From contig OZ316891.1 in the NCBI GenBank assembly GCA_973895155.1, positions 21,752,513 to 21,816,512 of the forward strand: a stretch of 64,000 nucleotides of DNA, written 5' to 3'. This stretch comes from Marsupella aquatica (taxonomy: Eukaryota > Plantae > Marchantiophyta). This document shows, piece by piece, positions 39,116 to 51,183 of the stretch (its first letter is position 1; each line of letters starts with the position of its first letter). The translations under genes and the position numbers were made by a program. The notes under the pieces are model-generated. The model did no database searches, had not been told where the DNA came from, and worked only from the letters and a program-made list of their open reading frames with translations.

Positions 39116-39800
39116 GATGTTGTCAAATTGGAGGCATCCAGGTGTAATGCTATGGCGTCCGTGGATCTATTGGCGGATAATGTGCATCCCCGTGTGCATC
39201 GCAACCATCAAATTTCCCCATTTGAGGATGGTATACATCCCACTTGTACGTGACGGGGTATTGTTGGGCTATTTTGACGTATGTGCTCCAATTGCTTTTG
39301 TGCAGGTGTAGGTTGTGGTGTTAGTGGATCTATTGGCAGATGATGTGCATCTCAACCATCCAATTTCCCTCCGTGAGGATGGTGAGCATCCTACTTGTGA
39401 GGGGGTATTGCTAGAGTATCCTGACGGATGTGCTCCAATTGCTTTTGTGTAGGTGTAGGTTGTGGCGTCTGTGGATCTATTGGCGGATGATGTGCATCAC
39501 AGCCATCCAATTTCCCCCGGTGAGGATGGTCTACATCCCACTTGTGAGGGGGTCTTGCTGGAGTATTCTGACGCTATTTGCCAAATGTGGTCCAATTGGA
39601 GGCGTGCAGGTGTATGCTATGGCGTTCGTGGATCTATTGGCGAATGATGTGCATCAAAGGCATCTGATTTCCCCCCGTGAGGATGGTGTACATCCCACTT
39701 GTGAGGGGGTATTGCTGGGGTATTCTGATGGTATTTGCCAGATGTGTGCCAATTGGAGGCATCCAGGTGTCCACGGTGTGGCATCCGTGGATCTTGTGTG
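39116..39800. repeat. Tandem array, ~150-160 bp x 4-5
   Basis: GTGGATCTATTGGCGGATGATGTGCATC...CATCCCACTTGTGAGGGGGTATTG at about 39161, 39324, 39471, 39628 and partially at 39787. Confidence 0.9.
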
Positions 39801-39949
39801 CAGGTATTTTTAAGGTATTTTGGAGTTGTAGTGTTATTGGAGGCATACATGGGAGGTGGATCCATGGAAAAATTCATGGGGTACTTGGGGTTACTTCATT
39901 CAAATTGACAGACATAAAGATTTGACAATGTTTGATTATTTAGGAGTCA

Positions 39950-40592
39950 CAAAACTAGACATATATAATCCCCAAGCCCCTTCACTAGACAAGCTTCTAG
40001 GTATCTAACTACCTCAGTCTTCACCAACATTCTGTACAACATTCTTGGGGAAGATCCTTTGCTTGCCTTTGGAACCGGTAGATCTCTAATGATTACTCTG
40101 TTCTGCTCTAGAGCCCACCTGACCACCATGTCTAATAACTCAAACGCAATCTTCTAGAGCGTGTTTGGTGAAAGGGTTGCCCAGGGAAGTCTTCGATCAC
40201 TTGTTTGTATCTCCAACAAACATGCGCAGCTTGGCGTCCACTTCGCATGTCTTCATCAATCCCATGGCTCTCATGCAGACCACTAAATTGGCGTCTTTAG
40301 TGAGACAGTGTGTCAAAGTCCTGCAAAAGTTTCAGAAAGATAGGGTGGATGTTTAAAAGCACAACAACGGCCCTCACATCCGAAAAAAACTTACACAGCA
40401 TATGATGTTGAACAGGATTTTTATATATGTCACGTAATGCGGCTGATTGAACTATGTATTTACTATGTTTGAGTCTTCAGCAACGTGTAATTTGCCACTT
40501 AATCTGCTCCTGGTTGGGCACGCATGGAACTTCTACCTGGTTTTCCTGAATATATATAAAATGGCCGGGCAGATCATGAAACCCCAAGACCA
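39950..40592 (-). pseudogene. Highly degenerate Ty1/copia RT segment (old host element)
   Basis: MVLGFHDLPGHFIYIQE...C*RLKHSKYIVQSAALRDIYK resembles MDV..AFL.G...IYM.QP...CRLKKSLYGLKQA.R.WY; VVRYL lies further downstream. Confidence 0.55.
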
Positions 40593-40864
40593 TTATAACC
40601 CCAATTTAAGGAAAACCAAACTTTGGAAATTCCGAAAATAACTAAATATTATTATTTTAATAAAAAAGGGGCGACATGACGCGTGGCTGCGCGTGAAACC
40701 CTGAAAATGACTGCAACGTCACATTTTAACCAATCCAACTTGACGGGACCAAGAGACATGCTCACGCGAATAATAGTAATAGAGAAATAAATCTTTGAGA
40801 TCCTTTATATATGATAATCAGTATATAAGGAGTTTACAAATGGTTTCTAGAACGACAATACAAA

Positions 40865-41600
40865 TTAATTTGATCTCATGCCGACTATTATTTTGGAAGC
40901 GTCCAAAATTGGGCGTCTGTTAAATTGCTCTACTAGATATCTATCTCCATGCCTCAAAATCACAGGGTCTTCCCATAGAGTATGATTATAATCATAATCT
41001 CTAAAAATATATTTAACTGACCAATTAGGATAATCTCTTCCATTGGCAATGACAAGCGGCTCACAAGAGTTTGCTAGCTTGCTAAGATACGGAATCAGCA
41101 AGTTAATCAGGAAACTGTCGTCGACCGACCCAAAATATTTGGGCGGAAATAATGATCCAACAACAGGATCTAAACAAGCATGAAATGCATCGGATTCGAT
41201 AAGCATTATATTTTGCTACAGATATGCCTTCGTATAAATTCCAACCTTCTCAAAACACTTCAAAAATATCCGCTTATTTGATGTCACCCCATCGCATAAG
41301 TAACAATGAGACTGATCCCAAATATACTTAAATGAGGCCATTTCCATCGCAGTAAAAATAGATGCTAAAATTTGATCTAAAAGGTTCTTCCCAAGAGAGG
41401 ACCAGATCCCTACATCGAAATTCTCAAAACAAAATCTCAAGAATTCATGAAGATGAGGCCTTGGAAAAACGTATATATTCCCATCTGAATTCCAGTTGAG
41501 ACCGCCATCAGTCGGGAATGCGGTGCAGTGTAATAGAGTATATGCTCCATGTCTAAAACTATGAGCCCAGGCATTTTCTTTGCTGCAATGAATCTCCTGT
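40865..41600 (-). pseudogene. FCP1-like HAD domain #3 (element B)
   Basis: LIVLDMEHIL...FPRPHLHEFLRFCFENFDVGIWSS...DDSFLINLLIPYL; frameshift, and TAG at 41216. Confidence 0.8.
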
Positions 41601-41682
41601 AGAGAAACACAAGAAGATGCATGAGCCCGTATGGATGTAGTCACGCGAATGGTCGCGTCACATATTACAGAGACAACATCCT

Positions 41683-42390
41683 CTACACTCTGGCCATTGA
41701 TAAGTGACGTCTGTTGAAGTGCTTGATAAGAACTTGATTCGCATGTCTCTGCACGTACAGATTCTCCCATATATCCTCGTTCAGATCCCAATCTCGATGT
41801 AGATTTCTAATCGACCAGATGGGATAATCAAACTTGTTAGCAAACGCAAGACAAAGCCCTGAATTTGATAGCTTTTGTAAATATGGAATGAGGTCATCCC
41901 TCAAAAAGACATCATCCAACGATCATTGAAACGACTTAGCGAACAATAATCCGCATACAGCTGTCTGGCATGTATGGGAAGGATAGGCATCAATTTGGAT
42001 TATATTCTCTGGTTGATAATCTTGAAACATATCATGTAGTCTCTCGATAGATTTGAAGACAACAGTCTTATAATTTTTCTTCACATAACCAAGATTCCAA
42101 CAATGATCCTACGTGAACACATATATCAACTGCGACAGGTCGGTGCTCGACAACACTTCTGAAAGTATCTAATAAACCAGTTTATCATTGAGAATAGACC
42201 AGACCATCACATCAAAATGATCATAACAGAATTTTATAAGATCATGAAGATGCGGCTTCGGAACGACACATAGAGATCTGATACGAATTCCGGGTGTTGA
42301 CTTGAGCTGAGGAGTATATTTTGAAACAGAGCACAGGAAGTTTGCCAGTCCTAAAACCAGAAGTTGACGCGACCTGCTCCACTTAGACAC
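41683..42390 (-). pseudogene. FCP1-like HAD domain #2 (element B)
   Basis: QLLVLGLANFL...PKPHLHDLIKFCYDHFDVMVWS...DDVFLRDDLIPYL; in-frame stops. Confidence 0.8.
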
Positions 42391-42521
42391 CTATAAATGA
42401 ACAATTCGATTCTCATATTATGCAATTGCAAACAACCACGCGATCGGGCGCGTCACTCCCAAAATATAAAGTTCAATTTCAATCAATTTATAAATAATAA
42501 TTGATAATAAACAATAAATGT

Positions 42522-43292
42522 TTACTTATTGGACTTATCCCGGGCTTCTATAGCATGGTCTTTTTCGGCAGATAAGTATTTCATAAATTTGTCAAACTTT
42601 TCTAAATGGTCTTTATTCCCCTGATTACGAATGATCACATTTCTCCTCCAAAGATTTGTCTTATCAATATAATCTTTCTCAAGATTTTCTTGAGAGAACG
42701 TTGGAATCCCATATCCACTAAGGAGCTCGCGGAATGTCAACTTGTCAATTGACATGTCGCATAGATATGTATATAGTTTCTTTCTAAAAAATAGGTCATC
42801 ATCGAGCCCAGAATATGCATCGGGATACAGCGATGAATAGAAGTCATTAAGGCTCGTCTTATATGCAGCATCATCGATAAGAATGACATTCTCGATGTTG
42901 TAATCTTTAATATTGGCGGCAATGTTGGAGAGACATTTGACAAATAAGGGGATGTCATTATTATTCTTCCCAATAAGTCGAGTTGATTCTTGTCCCCATA
43001 TAAATTTAATACGTTTCAAAACTTCGGGTCGAAGTATCAGCCTTACACAAGATAGAATATTTCGTTTGAACATGCACGACCAGATCGCAATGTCGTATAG
43101 ATCTACCACCTTCTCAAGAAATTCCATTAAATCAGGCCTTGGATAGATAACCTTGTGCATCTGTCTCACACCCCTTGACCGAATGGGCATCCCAGGGCTG
43201 ATCTTCTCTGACCAGATAAGTACCCGATTCAGATCAAAAATTACAAGTCTCTTTTGAACCGGTGACTTCTTTGCCGATGGATTAGGCGCCAT
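42522..43292 (-). CDS. FCP1/SCP (NIF)-like HAD domain #1 (element B)
   Basis: KRLVIFDLNRVL...YPRPDLMEFL...YDIAIWS...NVILIDDAAYKT; the exon probably starts at 43427, spliced in frame to ULP1. Confidence 0.85.
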   Translation of the reverse strand: MAPNPSAKKSPVQKRLVIFDLNRVLIWSEKISPGMPIRSRGVRQMHKVIYPRPDLMEFLEKVVDLYDIAIWSCMFKRNILSCVRLILRPEVLKRIKFIWGQESTRLIGKNNNDIPLFVKCLSNIAANIKDYNIENVILIDDAAYKTSLNDFYSSLYPDAYSGLDDDLFFRKKLYTYLCDMSIDKLTFRELLSGYGIPTFSQENLEKDYIDKTNLWRRNVIIRNQGNKDHLEKFDKFMKYLSAEKDHAIEARDKSNK

Positions 43293-43513
43293 CCGTACCT
43301 GTGATTTTTGTGCCGCAGGGTTTGGAGAACGTACTAGAACGGTCTATTTGTTTCCCGCCTCCGGACGATCACCGGACTTCCGGACTGGTGCCTTCGATAC
43401 TCGATCAGGGGGTTTCGGGATAGGCTTCTGTAAAACATTAAGAAATGAAAATAAGTTTATAACGTGAACGGTCGCATGACTACAAAGGAAGACACTAAAA
43501 TGAAGTGTATTAC

Positions 43514-44303
43514 CTGTACAAGACGGTTGTTCAGTGCTGGAATTCCGCCGGAAATGTCAATCATAGCAGCACGGATCCCGGTAACTAGGTTACTTGCGGA
43601 TGTTGGCTTGCGGAAGTCCATGTCAAATAACGACAAGACTATCTCCCTACGAAATTTCTCAATTTGATCCAAGGAAAAATTAATTCTGTTTCCTTGACAC
43701 AAGCACTTGGCGTATCTCAAGATAAACACACCACAACTGTGGCCGTCACTCTGGTGAGGAATATCATTCCGATATATCCGTTCCCAACCTGAGAGATCCA
43801 AGTTGACACCAGTTCTCCAGCCAATTTTGTCGGCGTAGTACTTCCCAACAATATCTAGCACCCCAGGATTTTGTTGATTATGAACTAGAGAATCTAGGTA
43901 CCCGAGCCGTTTCTCCTTCGGATACACAACTACCAATGACCAATGTTCTTTCACAGCATTGTGTACTGAAAAGACCAGTTTGTCGTATTCACTGATTTTT
44001 AGCGGAAACTCCTTTGTCCAAGCTGCTCTCTCCTCATCGAAAATGGTAGGATCCATGGAGAGAAGCTCAAAATGGTGTGTTTGGAAGAATTTGACAAGGT
44101 CTGACTTTCCAACTCTATCGAGAATCAGTTTGAGAAAACTCAAATAAGCGTTAATTATATCATCGGTGAGCAACTCGCGCGGTCTTAGACACATCATATG
44201 TTTCCTCTTGATCGAGTGTTGTAAGAACTTGGTCAATAGCTCTTCCATATCCTTAGAAGGATCAAGGCATTGATCTATTCGACTAGCCAAATTTTCAAAA
44301 AAC
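43514..44303 (-). CDS. ULP1-like SUMO protease (peptidase C48) domain exon
   Basis: LLTDDIINAYL, EHWSLVV, YLDSL, QSDGHSCGVF: intact His-Asp-Gln-Cys catalytic residues. Confidence 0.92.
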
Positions 44304-44449
44304 TGTAAAAAACAGAGATTTCAGTACGCCTTCAAATAACGTACTGAGGTTGTAGCCTAAGGGTTCTACCTCAAAAAACAGAAACAATAACAAATCAATA
44401 ATAAAATAATGACGTCTATAATAGAAACTTTAAGCTTATAGCTTGCGAA

Positions 44450-47400
44450 TGACCTTTGGATTGGGTGGATCCGGCCTTTTTGCAGCTGATCTCTTGGGTG
44501 CCTCAATCGCAACAACATCCTTCAGCCCTCCTCGAGACCGCAGTGATCGCTCCACCGGACCAGTTTGCGAAGGTTGGAGCGATGAGGCGGGAAGACCTTC
44601 AAATGGTTGTGGCATTTGATTCAAATATTCCACAATCTGGGAATCCGATTCCAAAATATCCGGTGCCACAATTTCTGCGCGAGTGACCTGTGCAATATAT
44701 CAGGGTCAAGACCACGAACCCGGTCGTGTCAAGTCAGCTGTTAGTATCTTAACGACTTGAGCCGAGTCTGGTGCCAAAGACGTTCCCAGGTCTTGCACTC
44801 GATTCTCAAAAAAGCGGACATTATTGATGATTGTCTCCATTCTGGATGTGCAGTGGTAGTCTTCTCCTCGGTAATCAAAAGACCCTTCCAATATTGCAAA
44901 GCAAGGACTGCCTGGACTCGGAGCTGCTCCGGTGAATATTTATTCCAATCATCCAATGAGACCGTACTTAAGGGTGGATCGTTAAATTCAAACTCCGGGC
45001 GAAGAAAATAGTCTAATATTTTCTTCTTAACTGCAACTGAGGGTGAAGAAGGCTCCTTCAAATTTAGCTTTATTTTTGGTAGATGTTGTGCCTCAGGAAT
45101 AAGCGAAAGATCCTTAGCCCTCTCGGCCTCCTTCCTCGCTGCCTCCAGTCTTGCGGCTTCTTCTCTCTCCAGTCTTGCGGAATTGACCTTTTCCGCCTCC
45201 AACTTCTCCGCCTCCACCCTCTTCGGTCTTGCGGTCTCGTCCGCCATCCTCTCGGCCAGCAGCCTCTCAGCCGCCACACTCTCCGCCTTGGCCCTATTTG
45301 CCTCTGTCACTAAAAGGACTCTCGTAGCCTCCGCTTTCTCAGCCTGGGCTTTCTTCGCCTCCGCTTTCTCAGCCTCGGCTTTCTCAGCCTCGGCTTTCTT
45401 TGCCTGGGCTTTCTCAGCCTGGGCTTTCTCAGCCTGGGCTTTCTCAGCCTGGGCTTTCTCAGCCTCGGCATTCTCAGCCTCGGCTTTCTCCTTCTTCTTT
45501 GCGGCAGTTGCTTTTCTAGCTACCGCCTTTTTCTTCTTAGCCTCCTTCTTTTGAAGCTCCTCTTGTCGGGCCGCCTCTTGTCGGGCCGCCTCTTGTCGGG
45601 ATGCCTCCTCTTGTCGGGCCGCCTCCTGCCGGGCCTCCTCCTGTCGGGCCGCCTCCTCCTGCCGGGCCGCCTCTTTTTTTTGAAGCTCCTCTTGCCGGGC
45701 CGCCTCCTGCCGGGCCTCCTCCAGCCGGGCCTCCTCCTCCTACCGGGCCGCCTCCTCTCGGTCCACCTCATGTCGAGGCTCATGTGTGGCCTCTTCATCA
45801 GAGTCTCAGCGTCCTCAGAACCCTCCATCTCCTCGTCCTCTTCATCAGCATCCTCAGCGTCCTTCATCTCCTCTCCGTCACTCTCTTCATCTCCTCTATT
45901 ATCGGAATCTCCGACGTCGTTCTGCGTATCGGTCATCCACTCTAGATCTTGGTCATTGACATCCCCATCCGCGTCACCTTCCGTGTCACCTTCCCCCTCA
46001 CCATCCGCATCACCATTGCTCCCTGCATCCTCAACATTGAAGCCGCAGTCGACTTGATCTTAATAAAATCAGATCATTTGATAAGAATGACTCACGCGCA
46101 TATTCGCGTGAAAAGAAATGTTAAGAATGTCCACGCGCATGTTCGCATGATGCAATAAAAAGTAAGAGGTTTCAAAAGTAACCTATCTTGGATTGGCCCA
46201 CTAGGGTACTCCGTTGGTCGAATGTACAATCGATCGGAATCTTCAGAGAGTGCATACTCTTGCAATAATTGATTACAAATATTATCAGGGATATGTTGTT
46301 CGTGGAGGACATCCAAAACATCAGCCCTGAGAGCAGTTACGGATGGACGGTACTTCATTAATTTATCTATACATTTTTCTATACTAGCCCGTACTGGGTC
46401 AATCAATGACAGCGTTGTATCAATTGTCACCGTGGTGTGTTGCAAGAAACAAGACAACTCCCTATGCATTGCCACAAGGCAGTAATATTTTACATTGGAT
46501 CCAGCATCCTGTAAAAAAAGCCAAAATTAGTTCACAATATTAATTGAGAATATAATAATCTAAATAATCTTAAAATCGAAACCCCAAAATATAAATCTCA
46601 AAACTTACCATCAAGCACTGGATCAAGTTCGTTCCCTCACCGAAGCATAGAGCCCATTCCCCACATTGGACGAATTGACTAACAATACTTTCAAAGAATG
46701 GAAGTATCTTTTCTGGGGAAGGTGTCGTGAACTCGCCGCTCTCTTCAAGATTGGCTATCTTCTCAATCCGATATTTGGAGACCAATTGGAACTCGAGGGC
46801 TTGTGGATCGCCCATTGTGTTGAAGGCCAAGCTGTGAAAAGCGTAGGTTACAATAAGCTTCTTCTCCTTCGGCCGCTTCTAAATATAATGGCTATCGACA
46901 GCAACGTAGTGTGTGTACTTCCCTAATTCCCATTTGATTAAGTAAGACTCAATGGGAGAGGCTACAATAATAACCACATGGTGTGGTTTTGCCCCTATCT
47001 CGCTAGTAGCACGAAATAACCCCTCATAGAATGAGCAATTTGGCGCACGCAAATCTCCCATTGATGAGGGATCAAAATAAATCAAGCTCGCAAGGTTCTT
47101 GTCTTCACGTATGATACAATCCGCAAACCCAGCATTTTGTATATCCTACAGGGATCGCAATTTCAGCCTCTCACCAACCGGCCGCACTAGTTGGTTTCCT
47201 TGACTATCAACTGATTTATGTATTCCTTCCACCAACCTGTAGAATATCGGGTCGATCTCTTTCAACAAATTATCATTATTAATATTTACATTTAAGCACT
47301 TCTTCAGATAACCACTCAACGCATCTCTCAACTGCTTCAACACCATCTTGTCGAGCTTAAAGCGATCAATCATTCCTTTGACCCGCAATTTCCGCGCTGA

Positions 47401-49229
47401 ATCTGTCAGACTTTTCAGCTCCGTCCGGGTGGATGTATTCCCGTTGAGTTTACTCAATAATAAAATCTCAAACTCAACTTTCGTCTTCTTCTTTATACAT
47501 AATTGCTCCAAACTCATGCTAGTCGTTGACAACATTGGAGCCTCAGAGGACTTCCTCGCCTTCCCAGATTTCACTTTGATGCTTTGGTTTTTGAGTATAG
47601 ACAGTCTTCCGCTCAACATATATTCTGTTGCCTTTCGAAGAACCGAGTTTGAGCACCCTTGACAAGAATGGAACGTCTTCTTCAGAAAGATGATAAGCAC
47701 ATGGATTATCCGCAATTTTGACGGCGTCCCTCTGTAAAATTCCGTTGTAAATTACAAGCTCTCCTGTCCTTGATAGTTTGTAGACCTCCATCCACTTCTT
47801 GAATGTTTTGTCCTCCATGTAAAGAGAAACAGAGCCAATTCTCCAAATTTCATCATTTCGTTCATCCCCATTTGAGCCCATGGGCAAACAAAACTCTAGC
47901 TCTCATAAATACCTGAAAAACAATGGAAACATGACAATTCTAAGATTGACGCGACCGTTCGCATGAGAAAAATTCTAAGCTTGACGCGACCGTTCGCGTG
48001 ACAAAAGTTTAAATGATAATGTGATCGAAGAGGATTATTTATATACCTTCCAATTTGGATGATGATAATGTGATCCAGGCCGCCCAAATGAGTTCCAGAT
48101 ATTACGACACTGTTGTACAATGGTGAGAAACTGTCCTTCCATTGATGTTTGATGACAGTGGTTCAGAGCTTTCGATAATCCCATCAAATGAACATTATTG
48201 TCGTTGTTGAGCGTTGCCCAAAACATTACAGCTTCTACAGTACCGCAAGCGTCTCGTACAACTTGGCTGACTTTGTCGTCCTCTTTCAATCAGCAATTTG
48301 TACGCCATTATTGTGTGCTGGCCTCCGAGTATCCAAAAATGACTGGTCATAATGTCCTCCTCCTTTGGCGCCGAATCGTAGGGCGCCCCATTGTAGTCAA
48401 GATCTCTGTCGGCCTCCGACTGAACCCACTTCACAGGGACTAAAAAGCAGCATCGCTTTTCAAACTTTATAGTCGAATGAGAGAGGAGTGAATTCTTTAG
48501 CCTACCTGTGTAATCATGATTCCACTCTCGGCACTTGATATGGTCCGGTGCAAGATGACAACGTGATGTCTCAACAAAAAATGACTTGCTGTTAAATATA
48601 TTCACAGCACTATATTCTTTGAGGAAAGAATCGAATAGAGCCCCGACATTCGCTGAGGTAATTACTTTCGGAAGATTCTTCGCCGAGTATACTTTAACCT
48701 TGGTCACTGGCGGGGCCTTTCCCAAGCGAAATCCCTGGTTGAAAGGAACTCTCTAGAACTCAAGTACGTCAATAATGTATTGACAAATCAAATCTCCCGT
48801 TGATCCCTCTGGATCGGAAGGATATCCCACACTAGTAACCTTTTCCAAGGCGTGCCTTGCATCTAGAAGATCATCGATTTTGGACTGATTGAAGGTTACG
48901 TATTGCGTTTGATCCAAACAAATGCTTATTTTGTCCTCTTGCTGGTCGTCGCTAACTAGCAGAACCAATCCCTCTGTACACTCTTTAACTTTCATGTTCT
49001 TCTCAAAGAAACACCCAAGAATTTGTGATCTCTCCAAAACTGTAGCTTTATCATTTTTTGCCACCACAAGACGGACAACCTCATTGCGAACAACTATTCC
49101 AAAATCGGATATCTCAGTCGATTCAAAGAGATGGATACTCTTTGTCTCCGTTGTTCTCTCTCTGATTGACTTTCCTCGATATGCTTTAGATGAATCTCTT
49201 TTCCGCTTTGAAGTTCCGGTAGGATCCAT
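44450..49229 (-). pseudogene. Element B cargo gene: ParB-like, amino-MTase-like, acidic and EK/AR coiled-coil regions (continues into ULP1)
   Basis: HFWILGGQHTIMAY; LIYFDPSS...PSPEKILPFFESIVSQFVQCGEWALCFGEGTNLIQCLM|DAG; in-frame TAGs at 48753, 47146 and 46879 plus frameshifts; collinear with 31191-35500. Confidence 0.78.
45300..45760 (-). repeat. Coding low-complexity repeats (15-bp AEKAE/Q and 18-bp EEAARQ units)
   Basis: GCTTTCTCAGCCTGG and GCCTCTTGTCGGGCC arrays; minus strand reads EEAARQ and AEKAQA. Confidence 0.85.
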
Positions 49230-49304
49230 TCTGAAATAGACAAATATTGAAAGTTAAACGTTTATTATAAAATACTAACACGCGCATGGTCGCGTCGTGC
49301 CGAA

Positions 49305-49780
49305 TTACATTTTAGGAACGTTTATCTTGACCCAATCTTCTCGCTCATCTTCATCTAACCAAAACCAAAGGTTCCTAAATGTGTCAAGTTTAGATCCTTC
49401 AAATCCACCCAGAATGTCCAGTGGCGGGAGAGTTCTGATGGATTCTGTAAATCTGAATGCTACACTCCGTGAAGGCAAATGCCTTTGAAGCGATTCATAT
49501 CCTGGTCTATCAGTGAAGTCGTAAGCTACCAAGGTGACCGTCGCCCAAGTACTACTATAAGTAACTATGTGGCACCACTCCTTACTAACTGTTCGAATGG
49601 CGATCAAGTCCATGACCCGATTTTTAATCGCATTATCCGAAGACAGTGGAAAAACTCTTTGACTAATGGCCAAATATATTTCTCGACAATATCGTCCGGA
49701 AGACCGGGTATCAGGTCTTCAGCTTGACTCCATATCATGTTTTGGTTCATAACCTTTGCACGTGCAATGCGCTCCATCAT
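49305..49780 (-). pseudogene. F-box-like unit 3
   Basis: LIPGLPDDIVEKYIWP...LIAIRTVSKEWCHIV, with a frameshift. Confidence 0.6.
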
Positions 49781-49889
49781 CATTTGATGATGAGATTTCG
49801 ATTCATGTCAAAGGACTGCAACATAATATGGAAAATATTAAGAACAAGAACCTATCCATTAAGAACTGGGACCACCTAGATTCTGAGAA

Positions 49890-50425
49890 AATCTACCAAA
49901 CCTTTTGATTAGAACATCTCGTTCTTCCTCATCTAAATAGTTATATTTGTTCGTAAACAATAAGATTTTGTCAGAAGTAGTAGTCCCAAGAACAAATATT
50001 TCTGGAAGCATAGAAATATCTTGTCAAATAACTCGACAGATTGAGTCAAACTCCAACTCGTCAGTTTCAGGTATGTAGTAAAGTGCTTCATTTGCGTCAT
50101 CGACAATCCGGTTTGCTTGTTTGAGGATAGCCCATAACCTTGTATTTGTAACTAAAAAGTTCCACTTCTTGCTACAAGCTCCAAGCTGAATAAGGTCTCG
50201 GACCCTATCGATAACCAAATCGTTATCGGGGTGTCGATATCGACGCAATCCTTCAATTGAAATAAAGTGTTTGTAGAGTATTGGCCAAATGTTTGAAATG
50301 ACCAAAACATCTGGTATTCCTCCAATGAGACTAGAGGAGGTTTCATCCAGCGTATCCCATATTGTTTTCTGTTTCCTTTCATGAGATGAAAGGAAATCTC
50401 GAGCCTCATTCAAAAGTTGGCTCAT
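49890..50425 (-). pseudogene. F-box-like unit 2
   Basis: LIGGIPDVLVISNIWP...LGACSKKWNFLV; stop at 50024 with homology continuing beyond it. Confidence 0.6.
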
Positions 50426-50490
50426 CCTGCTTTTATCATATCACAAAACATTGTTAGAAGACATATGATGCGCTTGGTCACATAAGTTAA

Positions 50491-51042
50491 CTAGAATTCC
50501 TTAAAAGCGTAGATGTCACCCTCAAGGTATCCAACTTTGTGGCATCTGACTATAAATTTCCATTTTTCAAGAGGGTGAAGAGCATCGTAAGTCTTCGTGA
50601 AGAGTTCCCTAAGATCTCTGGACATTGACCCCATGAATTTAATTCTTGGGTATTTCTGGAAGAAACTTTGAACTGTCGATGAGAGAGACTCATTTCCGAT
50701 CGGTTTAGTAGGATTTCCTGGGAAAGCCAAATCTAATAAACTCAACTTGATTACACCCAGAAGATAGGTATTCCCAACAAGGTGGCGCCATCTGCGACAC
50801 ACCGAAGATAGTCCTACAAACTCATCCAATTCCTTTATTGAGAAATTTCTTGCATTAGCCAAGGAATTAAAAGACTCCTTGATCCGAGGCCATATCAATT
50901 CTGCGACAATGAAATTTGGAAGTCTAGGTAGTAGTATTTCAACAAATACAGAATATACCGCCAGTAGACCATCTTGGCTTCTGTCCAAAACGTTAAATAT
51001 TGGGCATAGATATCTGAAGCTCTCCAGACCAGGTTTGCCCAT
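50491..51042 (-). CDS. F-box-like unit 1
   Basis: LLPRLPNFIVAELIWPRI...LSSVCRRWRHLV. Confidence 0.65.
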   Translation of the reverse strand: MGKPGLESFRYLCPIFNVLDRSQDGLLAVYSVFVEILLPRLPNFIVAELIWPRIKESFNSLANARNFSIKELDEFVGLSSVCRRWRHLVGNTYLLGVIKLSLLDLAFPGNPTKPIGNESLSSTVQSFFQKYPRIKFMGSMSRDLRELFTKTYDALHPLEKWKFIVRCHKVGYLEGDIYAFKEF

Positions 51043-51183
51043 GACTCTTTTCAGCCAAATGATATATCCCAGAGATTATTTTCACGCGACTGGTCGCGTC
51101 TACAAATCAGAATGTATAAACAATTCTTTGAGAGACTGTGATTTTGTCGGGTCACAACGTGACAAATCATAAATGTTGCTTCG

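Noticed and set aside
45183-46057. Pro/Gly-rich, SA-rich and Arg-rich ORFs in several frames
   Set aside because: Shadow frames of the minus-strand EK/AR coiled-coil repeats.
31191-49229. Bacterial contamination or prophage as source of the ParB/MTase-like genes
   Set aside because: The genes have spliceosomal introns, NLS-like tracts and eukaryotic ULP1/F-box neighbours, and lie within TIR-bounded elements.
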